A stretch of DNA of 64,000 nucleotides, taken from assembly GCF_006345805.1 (NCBI RefSeq), contig NC_043001.1, positions 77,500,001-77,564,000 of the forward strand, in the 5' to 3' direction. Shown in pieces: positions 1 through 13,384 of the stretch. Every line of letters begins with the position of its first letter. Position 1 is the stretch's first letter. The DNA comes from Octopus sinensis (Eukaryota). A program made the translations under genes and the position numbers. Under the pieces are notes generated by a model that made no database searches, had not been told where the DNA came from, and worked only from the letters and a program-made list of their open reading frames with translations.

Positions 1-486
1 ATATATTTATACACTTATATATATACACTCACACACGAATAATTCAATGTAAGATTCATTTGAGTCATGGTATTTTAACATTCAGTACACTAGGAAAGAG
101 CCAAGTGCCGCACATACATACTCATTTGTACGTACAATGTGAATACGAACTTATCCATACGTTAACATATATATACATGCATACATATGCATACATATAT
201 ACCCATGCACACGCGCACGTTAGTTCACTATCCAATGCAAGTTCCAGAGCCAACGTAGGGAATTCTCCGGGTATGGTACGTAAATGCTAATAAACCTGTT
301 GGGACACGTCATGCAATCATAATATACTACAAAGTATAGTAAATGCTTTCATAAGTCAATAACGTGTACTACAGCGTTAGATGTGCTCTTAAATCATGTG
401 GAATACCTTTACACGTGATTTAAGAGCACTGCTAACGAGTCATTAACAGCATAGTACTGTCAAAGACGATGTTCTGGCAACATAAT

Positions 487-553
<67 letters not shown>

Positions 554-629
554 ACTACAACTACTACAACTACTACTACTACTACTACTACTACTACTGC
601 TACTACTGCTGCTGCTGCTGCTTCTGCTG

Positions 630-672
<43 letters not shown>
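487..672. repeat. Compound trinucleotide microsatellite (TAC)n/(TGC)n
   Basis: Uninterrupted TAC, TGC and AAC runs; source of the poly-Y/C and poly-S ORFs. Confidence 0.95.
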
Positions 673-674
<2 letters not shown>

Positions 675-963
675 CACAATCCTAGAAATGAGTACGTACA
701 TGATAACGCATGTACAATCATAATACAATCATACAAGACACATGCATATTTATAAATTCACGCATGTAAGCATAGACATATATACGTAAGTACATGAACG
801 CACGTACACACACACACGCACACACGCACAAATATAGATACACACATAGAACATAGACACACACACACACATACACAACTATGTATATACATAAGCGCTC
901 ACATACACGAATAAACACATTATATATGGACAAGAATCATATACAGTATATATATATATATAT

Positions 964-1345
964 ATGGCTGTGTGGTAAGTAGCTTGTCTACCAACCACAT
1001 GGTTCCGGGTCCAGTCCCACTGCGTGGCATCTTGGGCAAGTGTCTTCTGCTATAGCCCCGGGCCGACCAATGCCTTGTGAGTGGATTTGGTAGACGGAAA
1101 CTGAAAGAAGCCTGTTGTATATATGTATATATATATATATGTATGTGTGTGTGTTTGTCCCCCTAGCATTGCTTGACAACCGATGCTGGTGTGTTTACGT
1201 CCCCGTCACTTAGCGGTTCGGCAAAAAGAGACCGATAGACTAAGTACTGGGTTTACAAAGAATAAGTCCCGGGGTCGATTTGCTCGACTAAAGGCGGTGC
1301 TCCAGCATGGCCGCAATCAAATGACTGAAACAAGTAAAAAGAAAA
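964..1345 (+). mobile_element. tRNA-derived SINE, family A (CORE-like, octopus OR-type), full length
   Basis: A-box-like TGGCTGTGTGG, B-box-like GGTCCAGTCCC, CTTGGGCAAGTG core motif, internal (TA)/(TG) microsatellite and 3' module ending GACTGAAACAAGTAAAAAG; near-identical copies recur across the window. Confidence 0.85.
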
Positions 1346-1463
1346 AAGAAAAAATATATGTACAGCATACACTTGAACATATATCAATATACATATATTC
1401 ATATATACACACACACATATATAAGCATCTACATGTATATATACATCCATACACACTTACATA

Positions 1464-2620
1464 CAGGGGTTGGACAAAATAATGGAACCAGCTAGCATGA
1501 TAGCATCATAATTTTGAAATATCTACAAAACCGTCAAAAGCTTATTTATTGTTATGTTTTTTGACTTATTATTAGTGTTGCTTAATATGTTTTGCTAAAA
1601 TTGCTGCTTCTTTTCAGGTATCATCAGAAGAAGGTAATTAAAATGCATTAAAATAACAGATCTATCGGACTTCAAAGAGTTCAAATTGTTGGTGTTCATA
1701 TGGCAGGCGCTAGTGTAATGAAAACAGTCGAAATATTTGATGTATCAAGAAGTACTGTCTTGAAAGTAATGACAGCGTTTGAGAAAGAGGCAAAAATCAC
1801 CTCGTTGAAACAAAAACTCCGGAAGCAAACCAACACTTTTAGATAGGGACCGTCGGACTCTTACGCGAATTTTTAGAAAGGATCAAAAAAGTATAGTTCC
1901 CAAAATTACTGCAGAGCTTAATAACCACCTCGAGAACCCAGTTTCCACTAAAACGGTTCGCCGGGAGCTGCACAAAGTCGGATTTCACGGGATGGCTGCA
2001 ATCAGAAAACCACTACTTTCAAAAACAAATGTTGCAAAGCGTTTAGTGTGGAGTAAAAACCTACAGAATGGTCCCTAGAACAGTGGAAGAATGTTACTTT
2101 CTCGGACGAGTCATCCATTACCTTAATTCCGACTACCGGACCAGTATACGTGTGGAGATAGCCAAAAGAAGCTTTCGACCCAGACTGCCTTCTTCCAACT
2201 GTTAAACATGGAGGAAGATCTCGGGGGCTATATCTTGGAAATCCCCCAGCCCAATGGTTTCTCTTCATGGCAGGATTAATAGTCATCACTAAGCATTTTA
2301 GCTGATAAAATTTATTCTATTGCTGCGGAACTCTTTCCAGAGGGAAACGCAATCTTTCAGGATGATAATGCACCAATTCACACAGCTGAAGTTGTTACTG
2401 GCACAAGGACATTCTAGGGAAGTTGAACATATCATCTGGTCACCACAATCCCAATATCACAATATTATTGAATATTTATGGTGCATTGTCGAAAAGCAAG
2501 TAACGAGTCGATATCCTCCACTAGAATGACTACAAGAACTGGAGACATTGTTAGCTGAAGAATGGACAAAAATTCCTTTTGGAAAGAATTCAAACTCTGT
2601 ACAAATCCTACGATATAAAA
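1464..2620 (+). mobile_element. Tc1-like DNA transposon relic (frameshifted DD34E-type transposase), 3' TIR not found
   Basis: TA|CAGGGGTTGGACAAAATAATGGAA 5' TIR; plus-frame fragments VSTKTVRRELHKVGFHG, RKPLLSK, FSDES, TVKHGG, FQDDNAPIH, IIEYLW. Confidence 0.85.
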
Positions 2621-3228
2621 GAAATAGGCATAATAATATTTTGGAGCAAGTTGTCTAATAAATAAGGCTGAGTGGACAGATAGAAATACGCAGAATATCT
2701 TCTGAAACAATCAGTATGATTTTACAAGGGGTTAGGTTTAAAATTATTTAGGAGGTAGACATGAACCAATTTCTTTTATTGCAGGCATGTCTGTGTGGTA
2801 AGACGTTCGCACTGCATGCAAGCTTGTGCTGGTATCTTCTAAAATTCGGGCCGATCAATACCTTATGAGCTGATTTGGTAAATGTAAACTGAAATAAGCC
2901 GGTCGTATATACAATATTTGAATATTGAACAATCCGTTTGTACGTCAACGGATCGATTTCTGAGTCACATCCTACTTTAAAAACATAGTAATTTTTTTAT
3001 AACAGCGGCCAGAATGGATATAATTGGCGATGCAGCTCCTTAAATCTAATTTGAAACCGGTCAAGCGTTGTCCCATATTTAGATATATAGTCAATATTTA
3101 ATTATATATTAATATATAATTAATATATAATTAAATTCTAATTCTTTCTAATATATTCGCTGTGCCTTTTCAGTTTTGTATTTCTCTTCCTCCACTTGTT
3201 TGGATTATTAAGAATTTATATATATATA

Positions 3229-3360
3229 CTAGCAGTAAAACCCGGCTTTTCCCGGGATTAAGTTAGGATCATTAAGCTAATCAAGTTCTTTATTTCAAAC
3301 CAAACTAAGATCGACGTCAAATTTGGGCGAAATCCGTTGAAATTGGGTTTGTATATATAA
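3229..3360 (-). mobile_element. Short non-autonomous Helitron-like element (3' end clear)
   Basis: Minus strand ends CCCGG-GAAAG-CCGGG hairpin + TTTTACTG + CTAG followed by T. Confidence 0.6.
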
Positions 3361-3366
3361 TATATA

Positions 3367-3466
<100 letters not shown>

Positions 3467-3962
3467 GGCGGTGCCCCAGCATGGCCACAGCTCGTGAGCT
3501 GAAACTAGATAAAAAAAAAAAAAAATATATATATAGCAACACACACGCACACTCACACATACACACGCGTACTTCCGTACACCTATTGCATACATGTTTT
3601 TGTATGCATAGATGTTCGTGTGTGTGTGTGTTGCAGGGGTATCAACAAAACACTTTTTCCTCGATGGAAAAAAGAAAACAAAAGTCTTAACAAAAACCTA
3701 CTCGTCGCTAGAAGGGAACTTAACACCTGTTTGCAAAAAGTGGCGATTTCTCCGACTTGAAAATTGTTAAAAGTTTTGATTGAAAATTTATTTTTACAGG
3801 TATTCGCTGGTGCCTGTGGGAAAAATAAGTTGATGATAATACAGCTAGGGTCATGACAAATGTCCTAAAATTGGAGCGACATGCGTGCTAATTTGTGGAC
3901 GAGCATAAATTACATTCACGTACACACACACACATATCCTGCCTTTTATATATACAGACATA

Positions 3963-4008
<46 letters not shown>

Positions 4009-4019
4009 TGTGTGTATTT

Positions 4020-4230
4020 GTGTGTGTATTTGTTCACCACCACCGATTGACAATCGGTATTGGTGTGTTTATGTTATTGTAACTTACTGCTTCCAGTAAA
4101 GCGACTAATAGAATAAGTACCATCCTTTTAAGAATTGAGTACTGGTGTCAACTCATTCGACTAAAATTCTTGAAGTCGGTGCCCCAGTACGGCCGCAGTC
4201 TGAGGACTGAAACAAGTAAAAGATAGAAAA
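4020..4230 (+). mobile_element. SINE family A 3' module
   Basis: TTGACAATCGGTATTGGTGTGTTTA...AGAATAAGTAC...GGTGCCCCAGTACGGCCGCAGTC...GACTGAAACAAGTAAAAG matches the 3' part of the copy at 964. Confidence 0.7.
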
Positions 4231-4906
4231 TAAAGGATATTGCACATACATATGTATGTATGTTTGTCTGTGTGCCTGTATGTATATGAGTATGTATATT
4301 TGCGTGTGTGTGTGTGTGAGTGTGTGTAGGTAGGTACATACAAACAAACTTTAACATGTTTGAGACACATTTTGAACGTATAAAATATTTTCACTGTTGT
4401 TTACAATGGCGAAAAGATTTCACTGCCGAGGAAAGCGTGTTAGAACAGTAAGCTCTGTATGCTCAGTATGCTCTGTACGGATTACTCTTTAGCTCTCCTC
4501 AGTACCAAAACATAAAGGGAGGAAACGCTGAGCTGATTAGAAAGCTTTACTCTCTTAATTACAAGTTATTAAATGGAATAGAGTAATTAAATATTGAACA
4601 CTGTACCACAGATCATTAGATAGAATACAGTAATGTAAGCATCTAGGCCGGAACATATATGCGGGTACCTTCACGAGCAGTGATGAAGTGTTTGAAGCGA
4701 GAGTTAAAGCCTTTACGGGATCACTTATGTCCCAACCATATTTGAATTGATCTAAAGTTTGTTCATTTCTCGTCACTGTATTCCAACATCGGGACCAACT
4801 TCGTGGAAGCATGAAGGCACGCTGCTAGCTCCTCTAAATAATGGAAATCTTACCCGTCATTGTGATTGTGTCTCACAAAACCATTGTTTATATATATATA
4901 TATATA

Positions 4907-5074
4907 TAATTGCAGCGTGGAAGGTGTTTGTAAGCCATTTAAGAAACACACAAAAGCCCTTCGACTCACTTCAACATTTAAGTTTAATTTGTCAAAATAT
5001 TTTCGTCGCTTTAAGACCGCGACCTGTTCACTGTGTTTCTTAAATGGCTTATAAACACCTTCCACGCTGCAATT

Positions 5075-5075
<1 letters not shown>
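4907..5075. mobile_element. MITE with about 45-bp TIRs inserted in a (TA)n array
   Basis: AATTGCAGCGTGGAAGGTGTTTGTAAGCCATTTAAGAAACACA versus its reverse complement at 5032-5074 (1 mismatch). Confidence 0.8.
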
Positions 5076-5162
<87 letters not shown>

Positions 5163-5167
5163 TAAAT

Positions 5168-5438
5168 CAGGGCTGGCCAACTTGAGCGTCGCGAGCCGCA
5201 TGCGGCCCGCTCCATACTTTCTTTAAGTATTATGTTTCATTTCAAAATAACATTGAAATTTATAAGTGGTAAAAGGAATGACCTACAATCTTATGATTTT
5301 AAACAAATGAAAAGTTTGAAAAATTCTTCATTCTGTAATTTGATTATTTGACTATTAATTCATAACGTATACAAGGGGCCGTCCAACTCTTTCTGTGATT
5401 AAAGTGGCCTGCAATGTACTTCGAGTTGTCCAGGCCTG
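5168..5438. mobile_element. hAT-family MITE
   Basis: TIRs CAGGGCTGGCCAACT / AGTTGTCCAGGCCTG; 8-bp TSD TTCTAAAT / TTCCAAAT; subterminal GCCGCATGCGGCCC. Confidence 0.8.
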
Positions 5439-5600
5439 TTCCAAATAATTAACACGGAAGATATAGTGTAATGGAAGCTTCCAGTACACTGGAACGTGCT
5501 CTTCAGGTACACTACAAGGGACATTCTCATAAGGTTTGGATACTATAACTTAAAGTCTCCTACTTATGCTTTAATTTCAAATACAAGTTATATATATATA

Positions 5601-5640
<40 letters not shown>

Positions 5641-5644
<4 letters not shown>

Positions 5645-5811
5645 AGAATTCACAAACAAAAAACAAAAGACGAAGACATACAGATGTATTAGTATAACGC
5701 TCGGGAAGTGAGTCTTTAAAGTTTCGAGCCTACGTTCTTCCACAGAAAGGAACACAGAAGGAAACAAGAAGAGGAAAAAAGAATGTGTAGTGGCTACCGA
5801 TCTATCTTGGC

Positions 5812-5812
<1 letters not shown>
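5641..5812 (-). mobile_element. Penelope pLTR-like repeat, family 3 (degenerate minimal hammerhead)
   Basis: Minus strand CTGTGGA-A-GAAC-GTAG-GCTC-GAA-ACTT-T-AAAGA; flanked by (TA)n on both sides; same family as 7050, 27300, 28545, 49530, 55925 and 62746. Confidence 0.6.
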
Positions 5813-5841
<29 letters not shown>

Positions 5842-5848
<7 letters not shown>

Positions 5849-6216
5849 ACAAGATAAAGGCAGAAGAAAAATTCTAATGCCAGATACGCCGAAACAAAAA
5901 AATTGTCGATAACCATTAAATTTATGCGTCTCGAAATAAACCGATAGAAATCTTAAAAAATTCGTTATTACCGTATTGGTCCAATTTCGGGGTTAATTCA
6001 CAAGAAATTTTCCCCTCTTCAGCGGCACATACGCGAGATATAAATGAAATACTTATTCATACCCACGGAAGAAGCAAGCACCAAGTTCCGAGCACACTTT
6101 TTAGAGATTTCTATCGGTTTATTTCGAGACGCGTAAATTTAATGGTTATCGACAATTTTTTTGTTTCGGCGTATCTGGTATTAGAATTTTTCTTCTGCCC
6201 TTATCTTATAAATTAT
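5842..6216. mobile_element. Foldback MITE with about 115-bp near-perfect TIRs
   Basis: 5843-5958 is the reverse complement of 6100-6216 with only a few mismatches. Confidence 0.85.
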
Positions 6217-7049
6217 GTATAAATTTTACCTTTAAAGGCATTTTTTGATATGCTGACCATTGATAAAATTTTTTTCCCGAAAAAGTTTTATCCTATATTA
6301 ATTATATATATATATGTGTTCCCTGTGTGTGTATTAAGTTATTCTGACCTTACAACTAGCTACCCGTTTTCCTCCCATGGGAGCGCATTATAAGCAGTAT
6401 TCTGAGCATTCAAAGAAACTGATTCACAATATTTATAGTAATATCAGTCATATTGAAACACTACAAATATAAATAAAAACGATATGATACCGTTGGAAGG
6501 AATATTAAATACTATAATAAATAAGATAAGAGCAAACAGTGTCAGTCATATTGACTATATTTAGATTGTGATATATTGATTTGCCCGAGAAGAAAAGCTA
6601 TAGTTATCAAGACAACTATAGAATTGGATGGAATGAGAGTCAAATGTCATGTAAAAAGTCTTAGAGTTAATATTGTTTGAATATTTTTTATGGTTCTAAT
6701 GTCAGCCACAGTTTTTGCGGAATGTATTTTCAAATACATTTTGTAAACGATGAACAAACTTAAATTTTTTCCCAAAGATAAAATAGTCCCTAATAACAAG
6801 GAACACCATCCTGTACATATCCAATTAGATTATGTCAAGTTACATATACGTATATGTGTGTGGGTATTTATGCGTATATGTGTATATACTTATTCTCTTG
6901 ATATCTTTCTGTCGAATTGCTAAGCTACAGCGACATAACCACACCAACAGCGGTTGTCAAACAGTGGTGGGAGACACATGCGCACACACACACTCACACA
7001 CTCATATATATATATATATATATATGTGTGTGTCTGTGTGTGTGTGTGT

Positions 7050-7240
7050 GTGATAGATCTCTAGCCGCTACATAATCTTTATTTTCTCTCCTTGTTTGTT
7101 TCTGTGTTCCTTGATGTGGAAGAAGTTAGGCTCGAAACGTTAAAGACGTTTTTACTTCCCGCGCGTTAAACTAATACATCTGTTTGTTGTCTACACCACC
7201 TGTTTTCGTCTTTTGTATTTTTTTGGTGAATTCTCACTAT
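7050..7240 (+). mobile_element. Penelope pLTR-like repeat, family 3 (degenerate)
   Basis: GATAGATC...GGCTCGAAACGTTAAAGAC...CTAATACATCTG...GTGAATTCTC, as in the other copies. Confidence 0.6.
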
Positions 7241-7262
7241 AGATATATAAAATATTGATCAA

Positions 7263-7413
7263 AGAACAAACATCAAATTCGAGTCAACGATTCTATATAA
7301 CACCGCGCTTCCATACATTTGATCATATATAAACACTACCATGGTCTTCAAAATATTAAAGGAATACATATACCTTTATACAAAGTCATTGACACGAATT
7401 TGATGTTTGTTCT
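7263..7413. mobile_element. Small MITE, 25-bp TIRs
   Basis: AGAACAAACATCAAATTCGAGTCAA / TTGACACGAATTTGATGTTTGTTCT. Confidence 0.65.
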
Positions 7414-7569
7414 CTAGTCATTATTTTTTGTCTGCCTTCATTTCATTTGAGCACCTCTTTTTTGCAGTCCTATAGACCCTTTTGTCTCCATAAAAACGTA
7501 CAAAAATTATTTCATGTTGTATATATATATATATATATATACACGCACACACACACACACATATAACTT

Positions 7570-8283
7570 TTAAAGTTCTAGCACACGTTTACAGAAGTGC
7601 TTGGAAGGAAGGTGTGTAGCGTGTGATCATCGCACTGACCATGAGAGAGAAAGTTCTCATGGCGATGCCTGCTCAGAGGTCTACGCAAAGTTGCAGAAAG
7701 TGTATAGAGAGGTATGTATGAACCGTACACAAGTGTACGAGTGGTTCAGACCTATTTAAGATGGTGGAAAAAATGTCGATACTCACGAATGTTATAGGAG
7801 ACCCGCAACCAGTAGAACTGAGAAAAACATCGCAGATGTGCGTGCAGCTGGGAGGGAAAATCGTCGAATCACCGTCCGTGATTTATAACAGGATGTGCAG
7901 ATTAGTTCCGGTTCAGTTCAGTCCATTATCACTGCAGATTTGGGTATGAGACGCGTGTCTGCCATGTTTGTGCCAAAACTGCTTTCAGCTGACCAAAAAG
8001 ACATTCGGGTTTCAGATGCACAAGATCTCGTTGATTGTGTCGAAAACGATGAAAAATTTTTGAAAAGGCTGAGTTGGTATCGCCAAGCTTTTGGGAAAAT
8101 TTGATGCAAATTCTCTGCTCATCGTTCCTTGTCATGTTCAATTTAATGACCACACGCTCCACTAGTTTCTTCCAAGCACTGCTGTAAACAGCAGAGGTAA
8201 TCCAGAATGTTGTAACTTAGTGCAAATCTGTGCAAAGCTTCGTTACTATGGCAACGGTCCGGATACTTATTTATCAGACCATG
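7570..8283. mobile_element. Mariner-derived non-autonomous element (left-truncated copy of the 12015 element)
   Basis: Plus frame KLQKV.REVCMNRTQVYEWF...LGMRRVSAMFVPKLLS; minus frame at the right end EQRICIKFSQKLGD; right TIR CGGTCCGGATACTTATTTATCAGACC|..TA. Confidence 0.75.
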
Positions 8284-8335
8284 TATATATATGCTTGTAT
8301 GAATGTGTATGTGCTTGTGTGTGTGCGTGTATGTA

Positions 8336-9466
8336 TTGGGTTGGTAACTAAGTTCCCGCCGTTTTTTAACTTTTTGGAATTTATTGCGTTTTTAAATTTT
8401 GCAATCTTTTTTTTTTTTTGAGAATTCTATTTTTGAATCATTTTGGAATCTATTTTATTCTAGTTAATTTTAGTTAATTTTGCGCTGTGTATGGAGAGGG
8501 TGCCATAGCTGAAAGAACCGCTCGTTTTTGGTATGCCAAGTTCAAAAACAGAAATTTTGACATCAATGACGTACTTCGTTCTGGCCGTCCAGTTGAGATC
8601 GATGAAGAACAATTAATCCAACTTTTGCGCTAAAATTCTCGTCAAATGACAAGGGAACTAGCAGAGAAAATGGAATGCTCCAACACTGCTATAGAGAAGC
8701 CTCTTCACTCAATGGGAAAGGATCAGAAGTATGGAGCATTGATTCCGCATGCTTTAAGTGACAACAAAAATCAACGAGCCACAATCTCCGCTGGTTTGCT
8801 TGTTCGTCACCGCTCAACTCATGGTCACAAGCAACGATTTCTTTACCGAGTCGCTTCTGGCGACGAAAAATGGTGCCTGTACGTTAATATGAAGCAGCGT
8901 AAGGAATGGCTTAGTCCCGGGAAACAAGTGACACTGCGCGCGAAACAAGATTTTCATCCGCGTAAAACGATGTTGTGCGTATGGTGGGACTGGGAATGGT
9001 TTATCCATTACGAAGTGCTTGAACGGAACGAAACTGTCAACGCGGATCTCTATATTCAAGAGAAAAACCCTAATCTGCTGCACGACAACGCCCGCCCTCA
9101 TATCGGCAATATAACCAAGGAAGCCATTCAAACGCATGGCTGGGAAGTGCTGCCACACCCGCCGTACACTCCTGATTTGGCACCAACGGATTTCCACCTA
9201 TTTCGATCTGTTTCAAATGCTATGAGCGGAGGTTCGTTCAATACTGATGCTGAATTGAGAGCCTGGTTGGATCAATTTTTCGAGTGGAAATCGAGTGGAA
9301 ATATATATACACAATACCAACGAGGTATTGTAAATCTTGTTGAACTTTGGGAAGAAGTTGTAAACAACAAGGGTGAATGCATTATTGATTAATTAGTTGC
9401 TATTTTTTTAATCAAACCTTTTAAAAAATTTAAATTAAAAAAAACGGTGGGAACATAATTGCCAAC

Positions 9467-9472
<6 letters not shown>
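8336..9472 (+). mobile_element. Mariner (DD34D) transposon with both TIRs; decayed
   Basis: TA|TTGGGTTGGTAACTAAGTTCCCGCCGTTTTT ... AAAAACGGTGGGAACATAATTGCCAACC..TA. Confidence 0.9.
8646..9392 (+). pseudogene. Mariner transposase catalytic part (248-aa ORF; N-terminus broken, internal deletion)
   Basis: SGDEKW, TMLCVWWD, LLHDNARPH, PYTPDLAPTDFHLF; 34 residues between the 2nd and 3rd D; stop codon upstream and missing segment between LYIQ and EKNP. Confidence 0.9.
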
Positions 9473-9518
<46 letters not shown>

Positions 9519-10159
9519 TTGTAACGACATGTGAATCGTTGGCGACTTTTTTCCTCCGTCTTACAGGATATTGGTCGGCCAGTGACTAAAGAAGACACAT
9601 GTCCATCCAAGATGTCACGCAATGTGACTGAAACCGAAACCATGTGGATAGAAATTAATTACCTTCCACACAGCCATCCCTGTTTCACTGGGTACACAAA
9701 GTGTTAAAAATATCCTTCATTTGAAAATGTTATCACGTGGACACAATAACCTCTTACTCAAACCTATCTATGACTAATATTAGAATCATAATAGCTTTTC
9801 TTTAATGTTAACCGTTAGGGTCCTTTATTCGAGAGGTTGAATTTTATTTCTCTTAAAACTTCAACTGTTTTGATAAAGATGACATTTTTTTCCAACCTCT
9901 TTTCTTAATTCTTTCTGGTGTAAATCGATATAACATTCTAAATATAGTCGATATTACTGAATTTGCTTTAATCTAGCTTATTTTCCTTCTTTATTTTATT
10001 TTTATTGTTTCTTCCAGCAGGGTTTTTAGTTTTGTTTTATGTATATATATATATATTTCCTTTTAAATATGAGTTATGTTACTATAAATATTGTAAAAAT
10101 TTGTTTATGCAAATAATCCAACTGACCTCTGATGATACTCCGCGAAATTGTGTATGTAC

Positions 10160-10224
<65 letters not shown>

Positions 10225-10673
10225 CGTGTGTATGTATATTTATATATATATATATATATACTCACACACTCACGCATGTAGATGTGTATGTATATACACA
10301 TATGTACGTGTGTATGTGTATATACACATACACACACATGTATATGTACACACACAGATATATGTGTGTGTCCGTGCGCTTGTATTTCTGTCTGTATGTC
10401 AGTCTATCTATTTGTCCGTGTGTTTATACGTGTGGCTGCGTGTAGCACAGTCGATGTTTGTCTCTTGGTGTCTGTGTTCGAGATTGGTATCTGTGTTCGA
10501 AATCCACAGGCGATATTACTTTACCCTTTTTTAGACATACATGCACGCGCCCGCGCGCACAGGCACACACATTCTTATGAAATCAATTATTTAAATAGTC
10601 GACCAGTTTCGCTTACGCTAATCATGATTAAGTAGGTAATGATACGATTATAATGTTTTCACTCCGTATTTAG

Positions 10674-10720
10674 TAGGAGAACAGGTAAATGAATCGGAAA
10701 GTAAACAAATGCTAGGCGAG
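10674..10720 (+). other. Candidate internal exon (47 nt; frame GEQVNESESKQMLGE)
   Basis: Acceptor TTTTCACTCCGTATTTAG, donor GAG|GTAAGT, one open frame; no homology recognised. Confidence 0.25.
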
Positions 10721-10750
10721 GTAAGTAGTGATTATTATTATTAGTATTGT

Positions 10751-10790
<40 letters not shown>

Positions 10791-11189
10791 TAATAATAAT
10801 AATAATAATATAATAATAATAATTATTATTATTATTATTTTTTTAGTAGTCGTAGTAGTAGTAGTAGTAGATATTTCTTGGAAAGGAAATCGATATGTAG
10901 ATTGAAAAATGTAAAATATTTACATAGTCTGAAATTGGTTATGTATTCATATGAAGGAGCGGTTGAAAATTTCCAATCAACGTAGTCTCTTTATTTAACC
11001 GTTGTTGTGCTGAAGTTGTTCAATCCGTTGGCATATAGAAGAAATTGAAATTTGATTGTATATTTCTGGCTTATCTCTCTTTGTGTTTCCCTTTGTGGTA
11101 TTTGTCTATATTTCGGGTGATGACCCCTTAAAACTTCAGAAAGACCAAAATACAATATATACGAGTGGGTCGATGAAAATAACAGAGAA

Positions 11190-11830
11190 TTCAAAGTTTA
11201 AAAATTTCGAGCACTCTACTATTGGCCCACAAATAGATTGCAGTCGAAATATACAGGAACAGGCGTTAGCGCAACCCAGTGTCAGTGACTTCAGAATCGC
11301 ACCATTGCATGCAAATATTTCTAAACTGGCAATATTCTGCAAATGAGTCGCTGGTTAGATTCTGAGATTATTCAGAAGGAGGAAAAAGGGAACAATGTTA
11401 CACCTATAGAGAACATTTTTTTTTCAGACGCCTTGATTACTGCTCCCAACAGCAGTCGCCAAAGAACGTCAAACTATAACTGGAGAACTCGAGGCAGTCC
11501 AACGTCACTAAGAAGGTATAATGACTCGATGCAACAGATTAGTTACTGGAAAAGACTATAATAACTGAGGGGCTATTCCCTAGAGAGAAGACGCGAAGAT
11601 ATACGGTAGTATATATGGAAGATTCTGACGGGGAATCTAGCTGGATACCACAGCATTGCACCAATGATCACATCCTCCTAATCTTAATTAAGGATACAAT
11701 ACTATAACATTTTAGGGCTCAAAAGCGGCCCACAACATATCTACATTCTGCCAAACAACGTCAGAGATTTGCGAAGTCCAAATATGAATTTCTTAAATAA
11801 TTGGAGCAAATTTTTATCTGAGCTATCAGC
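11190..11830 (+). mobile_element. LINE relic (CR1/L2-group RT C-terminal region)
   Basis: Frameshifted fragments RLDYCSQ, SMQQISYWKRL, YSLERRR, YIWKIL typical of the post-RT region of these LINEs. Confidence 0.7.
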
Positions 11831-12014
11831 GAACACACATGACGCAGGAAGCTAGGGAGTGTAAGACAGTCACTAGTCACACTAGAGGCGGTACTCCAGA
11901 ATGGTCACACACTTTCGCTGAAATCAATAAAAACAACCTCAGACATATTTATATGCCTACACACACACATATGTATGTATGTATGTATATACATACACAC
12001 AAACATATATATAC

Positions 12015-12875
12015 ACGAGGTCTGATAGCTAAGTATCCGGAGTGTTGCCATTGTAACGAAGTTAAATGACGTATAGTGAAGCCCTTGACAAAAATTGACC
12101 ATGAACTCTGCTGTACATAAGCATGGAGTTTTAACGTTCTAGCTTACTTCAGCTGTTTACAACAGTTCTTGGAAAGAAGGTGTGCAACGTGTGATCTGCG
12201 CATTGACCATGACAAAGAAAGTTCTCATGGCGATACCTGCTCACAGGCCGACGCTAAGTTGCAGAAAGTGTATGGAGAGGAGTGCATGAGCCTCACACAA
12301 GTGTATGAGTGGTTCAGTGGTTCAGACGTTTCCAAGATAGTTGAAAAAATGTCGATATCGACGGAAGTTCTGCGGACCCGCAGAACTGAGAAAAGACATC
12401 GCTGATGTGCGTGCAGCTGTGAGAAGAAATCGTCGAATCAACGTCCGTGATTTATTAGAGGAAGTGCAGATTAGTTACAGTTCAGTCTATTATCACTTAA
12501 GATTTGAGTACGAGGCGCGTGTCTGGCAAGCTTGTGCCAAATTTCCTTCAGCTGACCAAGAAGGCACTCTGTTTTCAGTTGCACAACGTTTCCTTGATTG
12601 TGTCGAGAACGATGAGCAGATATCGCCAATCTTTTGGCAAACCTTTATGCCAATTCTCAACTCAACTTTCTCTGTTATGCTTAATGCAGCGATCAGACGC
12701 TACACACGTTTCTTCCAAACACTGCTGTAAACAGCGGAAGTAAGCCATGTCGTTAAATCCTAATGCGCCAGCTGAGTAGATTTCAAGGTTAATCTTATCT
12801 TTGCCGAGCAGCTTCACTCTACGAGCTTTAGCTTCGTTACTATGGCAACGGTCCGGATACTTATTGACCAGAGCA
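12015..12875. mobile_element. Mariner-derived non-autonomous element with about 200-bp diverged inverted 5' ends
   Basis: Left CGAGGTCTGATAGCTAAGTATCCGGAGTGTTGCCATTGTAACGAAG versus right reverse complement CTCTGGTCAATAAGTATCCGGACCGTTGCCATAGTAACGAAG; plus frame KLQKVYGEECMSLTQVYEWF. Confidence 0.8.
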
Positions 12876-13384
12876 CACACACACACGCACACACTCATAT
12901 ATATATATATGTTTAGTCACATGTAAGATAAAGTGGATGAAACCTCTAGACTAGTTTCGTTCAATGGAATTTTGAAATGCAAATTGTTAATATAACTGCA
13001 TGGTGTCTTGAGCAGTTTTATTTTTATACACACACCCTCACAAAAACATACACACAGTAAAAAAAAAGACGAATTCTGATGTTTTAAATTTGCAAGAATT
13101 CACCGATAATCTGGTTTTATAAGAATGAGCTAAGGCATGTATTAATAATTCATACGCACAACTTATTTTCGCTAATAATGCTGCAATTATAATTATGAAC
13201 AAATTATAAAGTGCTTGGACTGATAGTGACACGAATAAAATAAATATAAACTGTAATTAAATCTTATTAAACTGAAAACATATATTAGCATAGAAGCGCC
13301 TGATATTGTACAGAACTGATTATTTCTCATACCGTATTTACAGAGTAAGAATACCAGATCTAGCATCAAAATTTGAAGCAAGGC

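Noticed and set aside
964-1030. tRNA-like A/B boxes (also at 15375, 29270, 36500, 53580)
   Set aside because: No complete cloverleaf or acceptor stem; they continue into SINE bodies
4390-4560. Minus-strand CTGAGGA-GAGCT with upstream AGCTC, hammerhead-like
   Set aside because: GAAA segment and stems I/III could not be placed convincingly
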